Source: Candidatus Marsarchaeota archaeon
GTDB taxonomy: Archaea; Micrarchaeota; Micrarchaeia; Micrarchaeales; Micrarchaeaceae
NCBI GenBank assembly: GCA_023473665.1
Contig: JAMCYM010000001.1
Span: 52,923 to 116,922 of the forward strand
DNA length: 64,000 nt
Direction of reading: 5' to 3'
In this document: in pieces, positions 1-9,069 of the stretch
How positions within the stretch are numbered: the stretch's first letter is position 1
Layout: every line of letters begins with the position of its first letter
Made by a program: the position numbers and the translations under genes
The notes under the pieces: generated by a model
Told to the model about the DNA's origin: nothing
Seen by the model: only the letters and a program-made list of their open reading frames with translations
Database searches by the model: none

Positions 1-49
1 TGTATGTATATATTTCGTGATAAATCCATTGATCTTATGAGATGCTGAA

Positions 50-763
50 ATGACTGAAAAGATATACCAAACCGACTCATATGCTAAGGAAGCCGATGCA
101 GCGGTTACGGCTGTTAACGGAAACGAGGTAGAGCTCGACAAGACAATCTTTTATCCGACCGGCGGCGGCCAGCCATGCGATACTGGCACGCTGGCGGTCA
201 ACAGCAAGGCTATTGCAGTTACAGAAGTAAAAAAGGACGGCGACCGCATTGTGCATTTTGTAGATGACGCATCCAGTCTTTCGGAAGGGACTGCAGTACA
301 CTGCGCAATCGATTGGGGCAGGCGCTACATACACATGCGGCTTCACACCGCCCTCCATATAATAGACGGGGTAGTTGAAAAGAGGTACTCAGGCAAAATA
401 ACCGGCGGCCAGATATACGAGGATAGGGCGCGGATGGACTTCGATGTTCCCGGTCTTGACAAGACGAAGTCGCAAAGCATCATCGATGATGCACAGAGCA
501 TTGTAGAAGAAGACCATCCAGTCACTGTAAGGTTTATGACAAGAGCTGAGGCCTCAAAGATTCAAGGTTTGGCAAGGACAGCGCCTGGAGAAGAATTACT
601 CGAAAAGCTAGATCAGATCCGCATTATAGACATAGAGGGCTTCGATTTCCAGCTAGACGGCGGCACCCATGTGGCGCACACAAAAGAGGTCGGCAAGATT
701 AAAATCATAAAATACGAAAACAAAGGGGCCCACAACAAAAGAATAGAGATAGCACTTGAGTAA
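50..763 (+). CDS. alaX: Alanyl-tRNA editing protein, AlaX type (Thr/Ala-tRNA synthetase editing domain)
   Basis: 237 aa ORF; DKTIFYPTGGGQPCDTG near the N-terminus and an HMRLHTALH zinc-motif region typical of AlaX/AlaRS editing domains. Confidence 0.7.
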   Translation: MTEKIYQTDSYAKEADAAVTAVNGNEVELDKTIFYPTGGGQPCDTGTLAVNSKAIAVTEVKKDGDRIVHFVDDASSLSEGTAVHCAIDWGRRYIHMRLHTALHIIDGVVEKRYSGKITGGQIYEDRARMDFDVPGLDKTKSQSIIDDAQSIVEEDHPVTVRFMTRAEASKIQGLARTAPGEELLEKLDQIRIIDIEGFDFQLDGGTHVAHTKEVGKIKIIKYENKGAHNKRIEIALE

Positions 764-1168
764 TCAAAGGCTCTTGGTTTCAGCATCGATGGTCTTGTGC
801 TCATACGCGAATACTGCACCCTTCAGCGCCTTGAGCGCTATCGTTGCGCATTTCGCCCGTGCGGGGCCCGGATCTATGCCGAGTAGGCCTACAACAGTAT
901 TGAATCCCATCTTCTCGACTTCGGCCAGTGTCTTTCCCTTCACTAAATCCGTAAGCATGCTGGCGGCGCCGATGCTTATCGCACATCCCTTGCCGTCAAA
1001 CTTGACATCAGCGATCCTCTTGCCCTTTACACTTATGTATATAGTTATGTCGTCTCCGCATACTGGATTGTATTCGTGCAGTTCTGCATCTGCTCCATCA
1101 AGCTTGCCTTTGTTGTGCGGATGCTCATAATTGGATATGAGCTCTTCTGCGTACAAGTCCATAGGCAT
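764..1168 (-). CDS. sufU: Fe-S cluster scaffold/sulfur acceptor, SufU/NifU-like N-terminal domain
   Basis: 134 aa; NPVCGDD, GKGCAIS and PARAKCATIALKAL cysteine motifs; immediately downstream of sufS. Confidence 0.8.
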   Translation of the reverse strand: MPMDLYAEELISNYEHPHNKGKLDGADAELHEYNPVCGDDITIYISVKGKRIADVKFDGKGCAISIGAASMLTDLVKGKTLAEVEKMGFNTVVGLLGIDPGPARAKCATIALKALKGAVFAYEHKTIDAETKSL

Positions 1169-1177
1169 AAGTTCGCC

Positions 1178-2461
1178 TCAAGCAACTCTGAAAATCTTCT
1201 TGACCTTTGCTATTGCGTCAACGGCCTTGTCTACTTCAGCCTTTGTGTTGTAGATGTAAAAGCTCATTCTTGCCACGGCTGCTTCATTGAGTATATTGGC
1301 TACAAGTGGCATCGCGCAGTGATGACCTGCGCGTATCGCTATTCCTTCGCTGTCGAATATGCTTGCGACATCGTGCGGATGCACCTTATCTACCTCAAAC
1401 GATATCACGCCACCCCTGCTCTTGATCTGCGACCGGCCAAGCCCAAATACTGACACGTTCCTAACGCTTTCCAGCCTGCTGAGCGCATACTCCGTAAGCT
1501 CGATCTCGTGCCTCCTTACGTTTTCCATGCCAAGCCTATTTAGATAATCAAGTGCAGCAGACAGCCCTATGCCTCCCTCTATGTTCGAGGTACCTGCCTC
1601 AAACTTCCATGGCAGGTCGTTCGGCGTATAGTCTTGGAAACTGACAGTGCGTATCATGTCGCCCCCTCCAAACAATGGCGGCATATCCTCCAAGAGCTGC
1701 CTCTTAGCATACAGCGCCCCTATGCCCGTAGGCGCAAGCATTTTATGTCCGGAAAGCGCGAAGAAATCACAGTCAATGTTCTTTACGTCAACCGGCATAT
1801 GCGGTGCGGACTGGGCTCCATCCACGAGCACCTTTGCGCCGGCCTTGTGCGCCATGGCGGTTATTCTCTTCACGTCGTTTATAGTGCCAAGCACATTCGA
1901 AACGTGGGTTATGGCAACTAGTTTCGGGTGCTTTTCAAGCTGTTCCTTAAGGCTTTCCTCATCAAGCCTGCTGCGCTCCTCATCGAGCTTTATGTAGTCA
2001 AGAATAGCGCCGGTCTTCTTTGCCAGCATTATCCATGGGACTATGTTGCTGTGATGCTCCATCTCTGATATAAGTATGTGGTCTCCTCTCCCTATGTTGG
2101 AGGCTCCCCATGTAAGTGCCACAAGGTTCATGGCCTCTGTTGTATTCCTCACGTATACAAGCTCCTGGTATGAGTTTGCATTCAAGAATTTTGCTAGCTT
2201 CACCTTAGAGCCTGTGTATGCCTCGGTTGCGCGCTCCGAAATCTCGTATATCCCCCTGTGTATGTTCGCGTTGTAGCCTTCATAGTACTCCTTTATGGCG
2301 TTTATCACCTGCGCTGGCTTCTGCGAGGTGGCTGCGCTGTCCAGATAGACGAGAGGCTTGCCATGCATCCTAATGCCGAGTATCGGGAAGTCCTTACGTA
2401 TCTTTTCCACATCAAGCGCCGTCCTAGCTTTGCCATGATTCGATTCAATCATTTTGTTCAC
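1178..2461 (-). CDS. sufS: Cysteine desulfurase SufS (class V aminotransferase)
   Basis: 427 aa; the ALSGHKMLAPTGIGALY PLP-lysine region and RAGHHCAMP active-site Cys loop are typical of group II cysteine desulfurases. Confidence 0.9.
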   Translation of the reverse strand: MNKMIESNHGKARTALDVEKIRKDFPILGIRMHGKPLVYLDSAATSQKPAQVINAIKEYYEGYNANIHRGIYEISERATEAYTGSKVKLAKFLNANSYQELVYVRNTTEAMNLVALTWGASNIGRGDHILISEMEHHSNIVPWIMLAKKTGAILDYIKLDEERSRLDEESLKEQLEKHPKLVAITHVSNVLGTINDVKRITAMAHKAGAKVLVDGAQSAPHMPVDVKNIDCDFFALSGHKMLAPTGIGALYAKRQLLEDMPPLFGGGDMIRTVSFQDYTPNDLPWKFEAGTSNIEGGIGLSAALDYLNRLGMENVRRHEIELTEYALSRLESVRNVSVFGLGRSQIKSRGGVISFEVDKVHPHDVASIFDSEGIAIRAGHHCAMPLVANILNEAAVARMSFYIYNTKAEVDKAVDAIAKVKKIFRVA

Positions 2462-3209
2462 TTGCCGTCTGCCCGTTTGAGCGCATCTGCCCGTACCCGC
2501 TTGCCTCGAGTTCTCCGACCAGCTCCACGCCGCCTTCCTTGATTATCCGGCCATCGGATATTACATGCACGAACTGGGGCTTCATGTACTTCAGCACCCT
2601 GCTGTAGTGCGTTATTACAAGCAGGCCCATACTGTTTTTAGTGGCGAGCTCGTTAATGTTCTCCGCAACTACCTTGACGGCATCTATGTCGAGCCCGGAA
2701 TCAGGTTCGTCGAGAATCGCGATACCCGGCTTCAGTACAGCCATCTGCAATATCTCTGCCTTCTTCTTCTCGCCCCCAGAGAAGCCCTTGTTAAGCGACC
2801 TGCCTATCACGCCATTGTCGATTTTCAGTTTTTCGGAGTAAGCCTTGATGTTCTCCATAAATTCGCGCATATTTACTGTGCCGTCTGTCTTTGATTCAAG
2901 GGCCGACCTGAGAAAGTTGACGAAACCAACGCCATCTATCTCAACAGGATTCTGGAATTGGAGGAATAGCCCTAGCTTTGCACGCTTATCCGGGCTTAGT
3001 TTCAATATGCTATTCCCATCGATTAAGATGTCGCCTTTCGATATCTCAAGACCAGGGTAGCCCATTATGGCCTTGGCCAGTGTTGTCTTGCCCGAGCCGT
3101 TGGGCCCCATAAGCACATGGAACTCACCGCTATTCACTACTAAATTTATCCCGTTCAGTATGGTTTTACCGCCGACACCAACGTGCAGGTCTTTAATCTC
3201 CAGTTTCAT
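2445..3209 (-). CDS. sufC: Fe-S cluster assembly ATPase SufC
   Basis: 254 aa; Walker A GPNGSGKT, ABC signature FSGGEKKK, Walker B ILDEPDSGLD. Confidence 0.92.
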   Translation of the reverse strand: MKLEIKDLHVGVGGKTILNGINLVVNSGEFHVLMGPNGSGKTTLAKAIMGYPGLEISKGDILIDGNSILKLSPDKRAKLGLFLQFQNPVEIDGVGFVNFLRSALESKTDGTVNMREFMENIKAYSEKLKIDNGVIGRSLNKGFSGGEKKKAEILQMAVLKPGIAILDEPDSGLDIDAVKVVAENINELATKNSMGLLVITHYSRVLKYMKPQFVHVISDGRIIKEGGVELVGELEASGYGQMRSNGQTASEQND

Positions 3210-3240
3210 GGTATCACATCTTCATAGTTGCTTTTTACAG

Positions 3241-3552
3241 CTATCTAATCATCAGCGAACACGAGAGCGACATGCCCTTAGGGCACATGCTGCAAACTGC
3301 CTTTTGTGCCTCGTGTTCATTATGGCTTAGCATATGCCTTGCTATCTTGTCTATGCTACCATGATCGAAAACAATCCCATTGCCTTTCGGTTGCTTGCCA
3401 TTTACGTACTTGCTTATCTCCGCTTGTGTGACGCCTATGAGCCTGGCTATCTCGACCTGCTTCAGTTTGTACTTCAACGCCATGGTTCGCGCAAGGTTCC
3501 CCTTGAGCGCTGGCATAAACTCCCTCAACACAACATCGTAGTTTGCATCCAT
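3241..3552 (-). CDS. XRE-type HTH transcriptional regulator with a C-terminal Cys cluster, embedded in the suf operon
   Basis: HTH segment LKQVEIARLIGVTQAEISKYVNGK and a C-terminal CSMCPKGMSLSC. The ATG at 3552 lies 5 nt after the sufD stop; the ORF track allows an earlier start at 3579. Confidence 0.6.
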   Translation of the reverse strand: MDANYDVVLREFMPALKGNLARTMALKYKLKQVEIARLIGVTQAEISKYVNGKQPKGNGIVFDHGSIDKIARHMLSHNEHEAQKAVCSMCPKGMSLSCSLMIR

Positions 3553-3556
3553 CGTA

Positions 3557-4819
3557 TCACCTGAGCTTGTGTGCCCCATCGAATTGCGCTTGCTGGCCTT
3601 GTGTCTGGCTTGCCCATGCGTCCTTCAGGCTTATCTCCGGAACACCCCCACTTCTTTCCCGCAGCCTGCTAAGTGCTATTGCGGCTGCGATCGACCTTAT
3701 ACGCTGATCATTTATCTTACCAAGCGTCTCCAGCATGAAGCCTCCAACAACTATCTTCTTCGCCTCGTCGCGTTGCACCCCCCTGGCAGATATGTAAAAG
3801 ATATCGTCCTCGCTTATTGGCGACACAGAGCTAGAGTGTGTGGCCTTGACTTCGCCCTCGTCTATGGACATGTCGGGCATCATCTTTATCTGCGCACCGT
3901 TGTCGTATATAAGGCCCCGCTCCTTAAGGTACGAAAGCGACTTTTTCGAGCCATGTAGCACTTTTGCCATCCCCTTGGCAATCACAGACGACGTGTCCAT
4001 GGCAACGACCTTTGCCTCTGATGTGGCAACTGAGGCCTCGCCCCCATTCAAAAGACCCGTGTACATGTCAAGCTTTTGTGCGCCTACGCCAATTACAACG
4101 TCATTTGACTCAACACGAGAATTGCTGCCTATGGCTGCCAATTCGCTGTGCTGCTTGTGAATCGCACCTCCGGCATACAGGCTGTTCATCGCGATAGATG
4201 CTCTGTCTTGCGCAGTTGCATTAGCGATTGAAAAGCCTGCAGCGCCGCTTTCCTCTACGTGCAGCACGTTCATCTCAACCGCAGAGCGTTCGTCTCCCTG
4301 AATGTTCTGCAGCATGCTTGTCATCACCTCACCTTGCCCGGAAGCGAACACCTCGTTCATGGTGAGTTTTGAGTTGCTGCCGGCTTTGACCGAAAGCAGC
4401 AATGGCGCAACTGTTGTACCTGAAATAAAAAGCACACTGAGTGCCACCTCAGCGCCGGATGGCACGTCTAGAATGAATGCTTTCTTAGCAAAGGCTCCTG
4501 CAAATGCGCTGAACCTATTATTGTCGTGTATAAGCCCGTTCATATGCTCCAATGCGCCATTTGCATCTGCCCCCTTGAGGGATCCCGAATCGTCAAAAAC
4601 CAGCTCGTTGTTCAATATTACAGCATCAAACTTCGTTTTCAGTTTTGTGGCTATCTTCGAAGCGAGAGCGCTGTGATCTACCAATTGCTGTTCCTCCGAG
4701 AGCAGTTTCGCGTAGCGGTCCAAGTCAAACTCCACCCCATATTTTTTGTAGAGCTCATTCAGCTCATAGGGCTTTGACCTGTAATCGATCGATGCGCCTA
4801 TGGGCCTTTCTGGGGTCAT
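3557..4819 (-). CDS. sufD: Fe-S cluster assembly protein SufD
   Basis: 420 aa; C-terminal beta-helix region and an ARGVQRDEAKKIVVGGF tail like SufB/SufD; follows sufB. Confidence 0.85.
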   Translation of the reverse strand: MTPERPIGASIDYRSKPYELNELYKKYGVEFDLDRYAKLLSEEQQLVDHSALASKIATKLKTKFDAVILNNELVFDDSGSLKGADANGALEHMNGLIHDNNRFSAFAGAFAKKAFILDVPSGAEVALSVLFISGTTVAPLLLSVKAGSNSKLTMNEVFASGQGEVMTSMLQNIQGDERSAVEMNVLHVEESGAAGFSIANATAQDRASIAMNSLYAGGAIHKQHSELAAIGSNSRVESNDVVIGVGAQKLDMYTGLLNGGEASVATSEAKVVAMDTSSVIAKGMAKVLHGSKKSLSYLKERGLIYDNGAQIKMMPDMSIDEGEVKATHSSSVSPISEDDIFYISARGVQRDEAKKIVVGGFMLETLGKINDQRIRSIAAAIALSRLRERSGGVPEISLKDAWASQTQGQQAQFDGAHKLR

Positions 4820-4829
4820 AAGATCACTA

Positions 4830-6245
4830 TCAGCCTACTGCATTTGTGGTATCTAGCTTTATGAGGCGCTTTAGCTCAAGCGAGTACTCAAGCGGCAGTG
4901 CCTTCACGAGCGGGTCTATGAACCCCAAAACTATTGTGGCTATGGCGTCATCCTCCTTCATTCCCCTTGACATAAGGTAAAAAAGCTCGTCCTCACCAAG
5001 CCTGCCCACTGCCGCCTCGTGGCTGACGAAGGCGTCGTCAGCGTAAATCTCTTCATATGGGTAAGTATTGGTTCTCGCGCTGTCGTCCAGCAGCAATGCA
5101 TCGCACTTGACTGCAGCGCTGGAATTAGTCGCCCGCTTATCGACGTGCACAAGCCCCCTGTACGAAGCGACTCCGCTTCCCTTAGACACGCTCTTCGAGA
5201 TTATCTGCGAGGTCGTGTTCGGGGCCAGATGGTAAACCTTGCCGCCGGAATCCTGCACCTGGTTTTCTCCTGCAACCGCGATGGAAAGAATGTCGCCCTT
5301 GCTTCCGCTTCCCTTAAGAAATATGCTAGGATACTTCATGTTGGTTTTGCTCCCTATGTTGGCATCGAGCCATTCCATGTGCGCATTCTCGTACGCATAG
5401 GCTCGCTGCGTGACTAGATTATAGACATTCTTGGACCAGTTCTGCACAGTAACGTACCTGACGTGCGCATTCTTGTGTACGACTATCTCGACCACTGCGG
5501 AATGCAGCGAAGAGCTGATGTATATCGGAGCTGTGCATCCCTCTATGTAGGTAACGTCAGCGCCTTCATCTGCCACAATGAGCGTGCGCTCGAACTGGCC
5601 TGCCTTCTCTGCGTTTATCCTGAAGTAGGCCTGCAGCGGCATAACTACCTTAACGCCTTTCGGCACATAAATGAAGCTACCGCCGCTCCATACTGCTGTG
5701 TTGAGCGCTGCGTACTTGTTGTCAGTCGGAGGTATTATTGTCCCGAAGTATTTCTTGACGAGTTCCGGATATTTCTTGACCGCTGTATCTGTATCGGTGA
5801 ATATGACCCCCTGCTTCTCAAGCTCCTCCTTGACGTGGTGATACACGACCTCAGAATCGTACTGCGCCTCTGCACCAGCAAAGAACTTGCGTTCGGCTTC
5901 TGGAACGCCAAGCTTGTCGAACGTCTTCTTTATATCCTCGGGCACGTTCTCCCACGCATCGCTCTTGTTCGCCTTAGGCTTCAGGTAGTAGTATATGTCA
6001 TCGTAGTCTATCTTGCTGAGGTCGGCGCCCCACGTCGGCACAGGCTTGGATACAAATGTCCTGTAGCCCGCGAGCCTTTTCTCGAGCATCCAGTCCGGCT
6101 CTCCCTTGCTCTTCGATATGAACCTTACGGTGCCTTCGCTTAGACCCTTCTGTATCTCAGAATACTCTGTCTTGTCCCGGAAGCCGTAGAGCTTGAGGTA
6201 CTCATTTTCCTCTTGAACAACATTACTATCCTGCGTTGCGGTCAT
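4830..6245 (-). CDS. sufB: Fe-S cluster assembly protein SufB
   Basis: 471 aa; conserved C-terminal HEAAVGRLGEDELFYLMSRGM and FIDPLVKALPLEY motifs. Confidence 0.92.
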   Translation of the reverse strand: MTATQDSNVVQEENEYLKLYGFRDKTEYSEIQKGLSEGTVRFISKSKGEPDWMLEKRLAGYRTFVSKPVPTWGADLSKIDYDDIYYYLKPKANKSDAWENVPEDIKKTFDKLGVPEAERKFFAGAEAQYDSEVVYHHVKEELEKQGVIFTDTDTAVKKYPELVKKYFGTIIPPTDNKYAALNTAVWSGGSFIYVPKGVKVVMPLQAYFRINAEKAGQFERTLIVADEGADVTYIEGCTAPIYISSSLHSAVVEIVVHKNAHVRYVTVQNWSKNVYNLVTQRAYAYENAHMEWLDANIGSKTNMKYPSIFLKGSGSKGDILSIAVAGENQVQDSGGKVYHLAPNTTSQIISKSVSKGSGVASYRGLVHVDKRATNSSAAVKCDALLLDDSARTNTYPYEEIYADDAFVSHEAAVGRLGEDELFYLMSRGMKEDDAIATIVLGFIDPLVKALPLEYSLELKRLIKLDTTNAVG

Positions 6246-6468
6246 GTTATCTACTAATTTTATAACCCAGTAATATGGATGGCTTCTCCATAATATTTAA
6301 ACCTTTATATCACGGCGGAGTAAGCATGTCAAACTTAGGCAGCGTTCTCCTATAATGTCCGGTTGCATGAAAGGAACAGGACGAGAATGTCGGACCTGGT
6401 CGCTGCACCTTTAAATTGCTTGCCTGCGTAATATGCTTGCACACATGCTAATTGCGTAGAGTGGTTTA

Positions 6469-8094
6469 ATGGCAGGTACAAAATTCACCAACGAGTTTAC
6501 CTACAGGCACTTTCTCGAGTCGGGCAAGGAGCAGGAATTCGATGCACTTTTCGAGCAGGCGATGAAGGAAGCCAGGGCTAGCTTCGGTGCGAAGAACCCC
6601 ATGTACATAGGCGGAAAGGAAGTGCATGCCAGCGAGCTTCTTGAAGAGCGCTCCCCGATAGACCGCAAAATGCTGATAGGCTACTTCCAGAAGGGCACGA
6701 GGGAGCACAGCCGCCTTGCGGTTGCAGAGGCCAAGAAGGCTTTTGCCCAATGGAGCTCCACTAACTACAAGGAGCGCATCACCATCTTCAGGAAGGCAGC
6801 CGAGCTGTTTGTGAGGGACAAGTTCAAGCTGGCTGCAGTGCTGAGCTATGAGAACGGCAAATCAAGGTACGAATCTGTCGGTGAGGTAGATGAAGCTATA
6901 GACTTCCTGCGCTACTACGCTGATGAGCTGGAGCGCAACAAAGGCTACATACGCAAGACCGCAATCCAACAGAGTTCCGGCAAAGTGCAACTTGGCTTCC
7001 AAGGGGCGCCATCTGGCAACGAGCGCATAACAATAACAATGGAGCCATACGGTGTATTCGGCGTCATCGCGCCGTTCAACTTCCCGGTGTCGATATCGGT
7101 CGGGATGAGCGTCGGGGCAATGATAACCGGCAATACGGTAGTGTTTAAACCATCGTCAACAGACAACATGTCGATGCTGACAGGCCTTCATATCTACAGG
7201 CTCATGAAAGAAAGCGGGGTGCCCGATGGTGTCTTCAATTACGTGACCGGTCCAGGCTCAGAGGTAGGTGACGAGCTGGTCTCAAGCAATGACGTTGCCG
7301 GAATAGTGTTTACTGGCTCGAAGTCGACTGGGCTCAAGATGATAGCACGCACCTTCAGCGCCGGGAACCAAAAGGCGTTTATAGTCGAGATGGGCGGCAA
7401 AAACCCCGCCATAGTGTCAAAATATGCAGACATTGACAAGGCCGTTGACGGGACTGTGAGCGCAGCATTCGGCTTCGCCGGCCAGAAATGCAGTGCCCTC
7501 TCCAGAGTGTACGTGCACGAGTCGATAAAGGAGATTTTCATAAGCAAGCTCCTCGAGCGCACAAGGGCCATAAAAGTGGGCGATCCGCTTGCCAAGGAGA
7601 ACTACATGGGTCCTCTGATCAGCGAAAGCGCCTACAAGCGCTACGTAGAATCCGTAGAGAAGGCGAAGGCATCAGGCCGCATGCTCTATGGCGGGAACCG
7701 GGTAGCTACAAGCCTGGACGGCTTCTATGTCGAGCCCGTCATAGTTGAGCTAAGGCACGAGCACGAGCTGGTGCATACCGAGCTCTTTCTGCCGTTCCTG
7801 ACCATAGAAACATACAATGAGTTCAGGGACGCGCTCAGGATGGCAAATGACGTCGAATACGGCCTCACGGCAGGCCTCTACTCAAAGAACAGGCGTGAAA
7901 TAAAGGAGTTTGCTGAGGGCATCCAGGCAGGTACTGTCTACATAAACCGCGGCACCAGCGCAACAACGGGCGCCATAGTCGGCATGCACACGTTCGTTGG
8001 CTGGAAGGGCAGCGGCCTTACCGGCAAGGGAACGGGCAGCAGGCACTACCTATCACAGTTCATGAGAGAGAAAAGTGTCTCCCTTACCGAATGA
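6469..8094 (+). CDS. NAD(P)-dependent aldehyde dehydrogenase, probably 1-pyrroline-5-carboxylate dehydrogenase type
   Basis: 541 aa; catalytic VEMGGKN (Glu) and FGFAGQKCSA (Cys) motifs; long N-terminal extension as in RocA/P5CDH-like enzymes. Confidence 0.85.
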   Translation: MAGTKFTNEFTYRHFLESGKEQEFDALFEQAMKEARASFGAKNPMYIGGKEVHASELLEERSPIDRKMLIGYFQKGTREHSRLAVAEAKKAFAQWSSTNYKERITIFRKAAELFVRDKFKLAAVLSYENGKSRYESVGEVDEAIDFLRYYADELERNKGYIRKTAIQQSSGKVQLGFQGAPSGNERITITMEPYGVFGVIAPFNFPVSISVGMSVGAMITGNTVVFKPSSTDNMSMLTGLHIYRLMKESGVPDGVFNYVTGPGSEVGDELVSSNDVAGIVFTGSKSTGLKMIARTFSAGNQKAFIVEMGGKNPAIVSKYADIDKAVDGTVSAAFGFAGQKCSALSRVYVHESIKEIFISKLLERTRAIKVGDPLAKENYMGPLISESAYKRYVESVEKAKASGRMLYGGNRVATSLDGFYVEPVIVELRHEHELVHTELFLPFLTIETYNEFRDALRMANDVEYGLTAGLYSKNRREIKEFAEGIQAGTVYINRGTSATTGAIVGMHTFVGWKGSGLTGKGTGSRHYLSQFMREKSVSLTE

Positions 8095-8514
8095 GTGGTG
8101 TGCATGGGGCTGCTGAGCTTTATACAACGCCGGCAGAGGTACAGGACGGCAAGCATATCGATCGGCGGGGCAAGGCTACGCGCGCTTATAGCCGACACGA
8201 TGCTGAAGCGCATGATAGGGCTTATGTATATGGATGAGCTAGCGCCAAACAGCTGCATGCTTTTCACTTTTGACTCCGATGGCAAGCCGGGCATATGGAT
8301 GCGCAACATGCGCTTTCCGATAGACATACTCTGGCTTGATTCACAAAAACGCGTAATCGACATGTTTGAGAACGCAAGGCCATGCCGTGGTCTGACCTGC
8401 AAAACGATGTACCCATCTAGGCAAGCAAGGTACGTAGTTGAGACAAATTTAGGGTTTGTAAAGCGTAGAAAATTAAAGATCGGCGCGAAGGCCTCATTCA
8501 GAATTAGCAACTAG
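8095..8514 (+). CDS. DUF192 family protein
   Basis: 139 aa; the MRNMRFPIDILWLD motif is typical of DUF192 (COG1430). Confidence 0.6.
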   Translation: MVCMGLLSFIQRRQRYRTASISIGGARLRALIADTMLKRMIGLMYMDELAPNSCMLFTFDSDGKPGIWMRNMRFPIDILWLDSQKRVIDMFENARPCRGLTCKTMYPSRQARYVVETNLGFVKRRKLKIGAKASFRISN

Positions 8515-8539
8515 GCAAAATGCCAAAAAGAAAAGAATG

Positions 8540-8564
8540 GGGTGCTGCATTGGGCGCAGCACCC
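8540..8564. terminator. Perfect 9-bp hairpin between convergent genes
   Basis: GGGTGCTGC (8540-8548) / GCAGCACCC (8556-8564) with a 7-nt loop, between the DUF192 stop and the stop of the basic-protein gene. Confidence 0.3.
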
Positions 8565-8599
8565 AACTTACTGTGCGGTTAAGCAAAGGTCCGTAGGGA

Positions 8600-8896
8600 T
8601 TATCTCCTTCTTGCCTTGGCCCTTCTTGCCGGGCTCGCCCTCTTTGCGCTCCTCCTTGAGCTCCTCGAGCCTCTCATCCTTCCCCCACGGTTCATCTTTG
8701 TCCTTGCTACATAGCCGCTCTTGTCGATGAAGTATAGGTAGCCATTCTGCCTAGACACGCGCTCCTTTCCTATACGCGCCTTCCTTCCGCGCGCATTGGC
8801 TCTCATTGGTGTGCGCCAGACGTAACCGTCCTTGCCTAGGTAATAGAGATAGCCGTCTTCTCTACCTACCCTTTCTCTTCCAATCCTTTCTGCCAT
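8600..8896 (-). CDS. Small, very basic protein with an internal tandem duplication and an Arg-rich tail (hypothetical)
   Basis: Two roughly 35-aa repeats (RIGRERVGREDGYLYYLGKDGYVWRTPMR and RIGKERVSRQNGYLYFIDKSGYVARTKMNR) followed by an R/K/S/A-rich tail. Confidence 0.45.
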   Translation of the reverse strand: MAERIGRERVGREDGYLYYLGKDGYVWRTPMRANARGRKARIGKERVSRQNGYLYFIDKSGYVARTKMNRGGRMRGSRSSRRSAKRASPARRAKARRR

Positions 8897-9069
8897 CAGA
8901 TTCACCGATTACTAATACATGGATAAACTTAAATAACTATCGACGTAACTTCGAGGGAAAAACTGCCAAATGCGGTCTCGTTAGGCGTCTATGCATCTTT
9001 GGTGTGAATGTTATCTGCCGTGTGCAGCGCATACTTAATAATATCTTTTGCTAATACCTATCGATTCGC

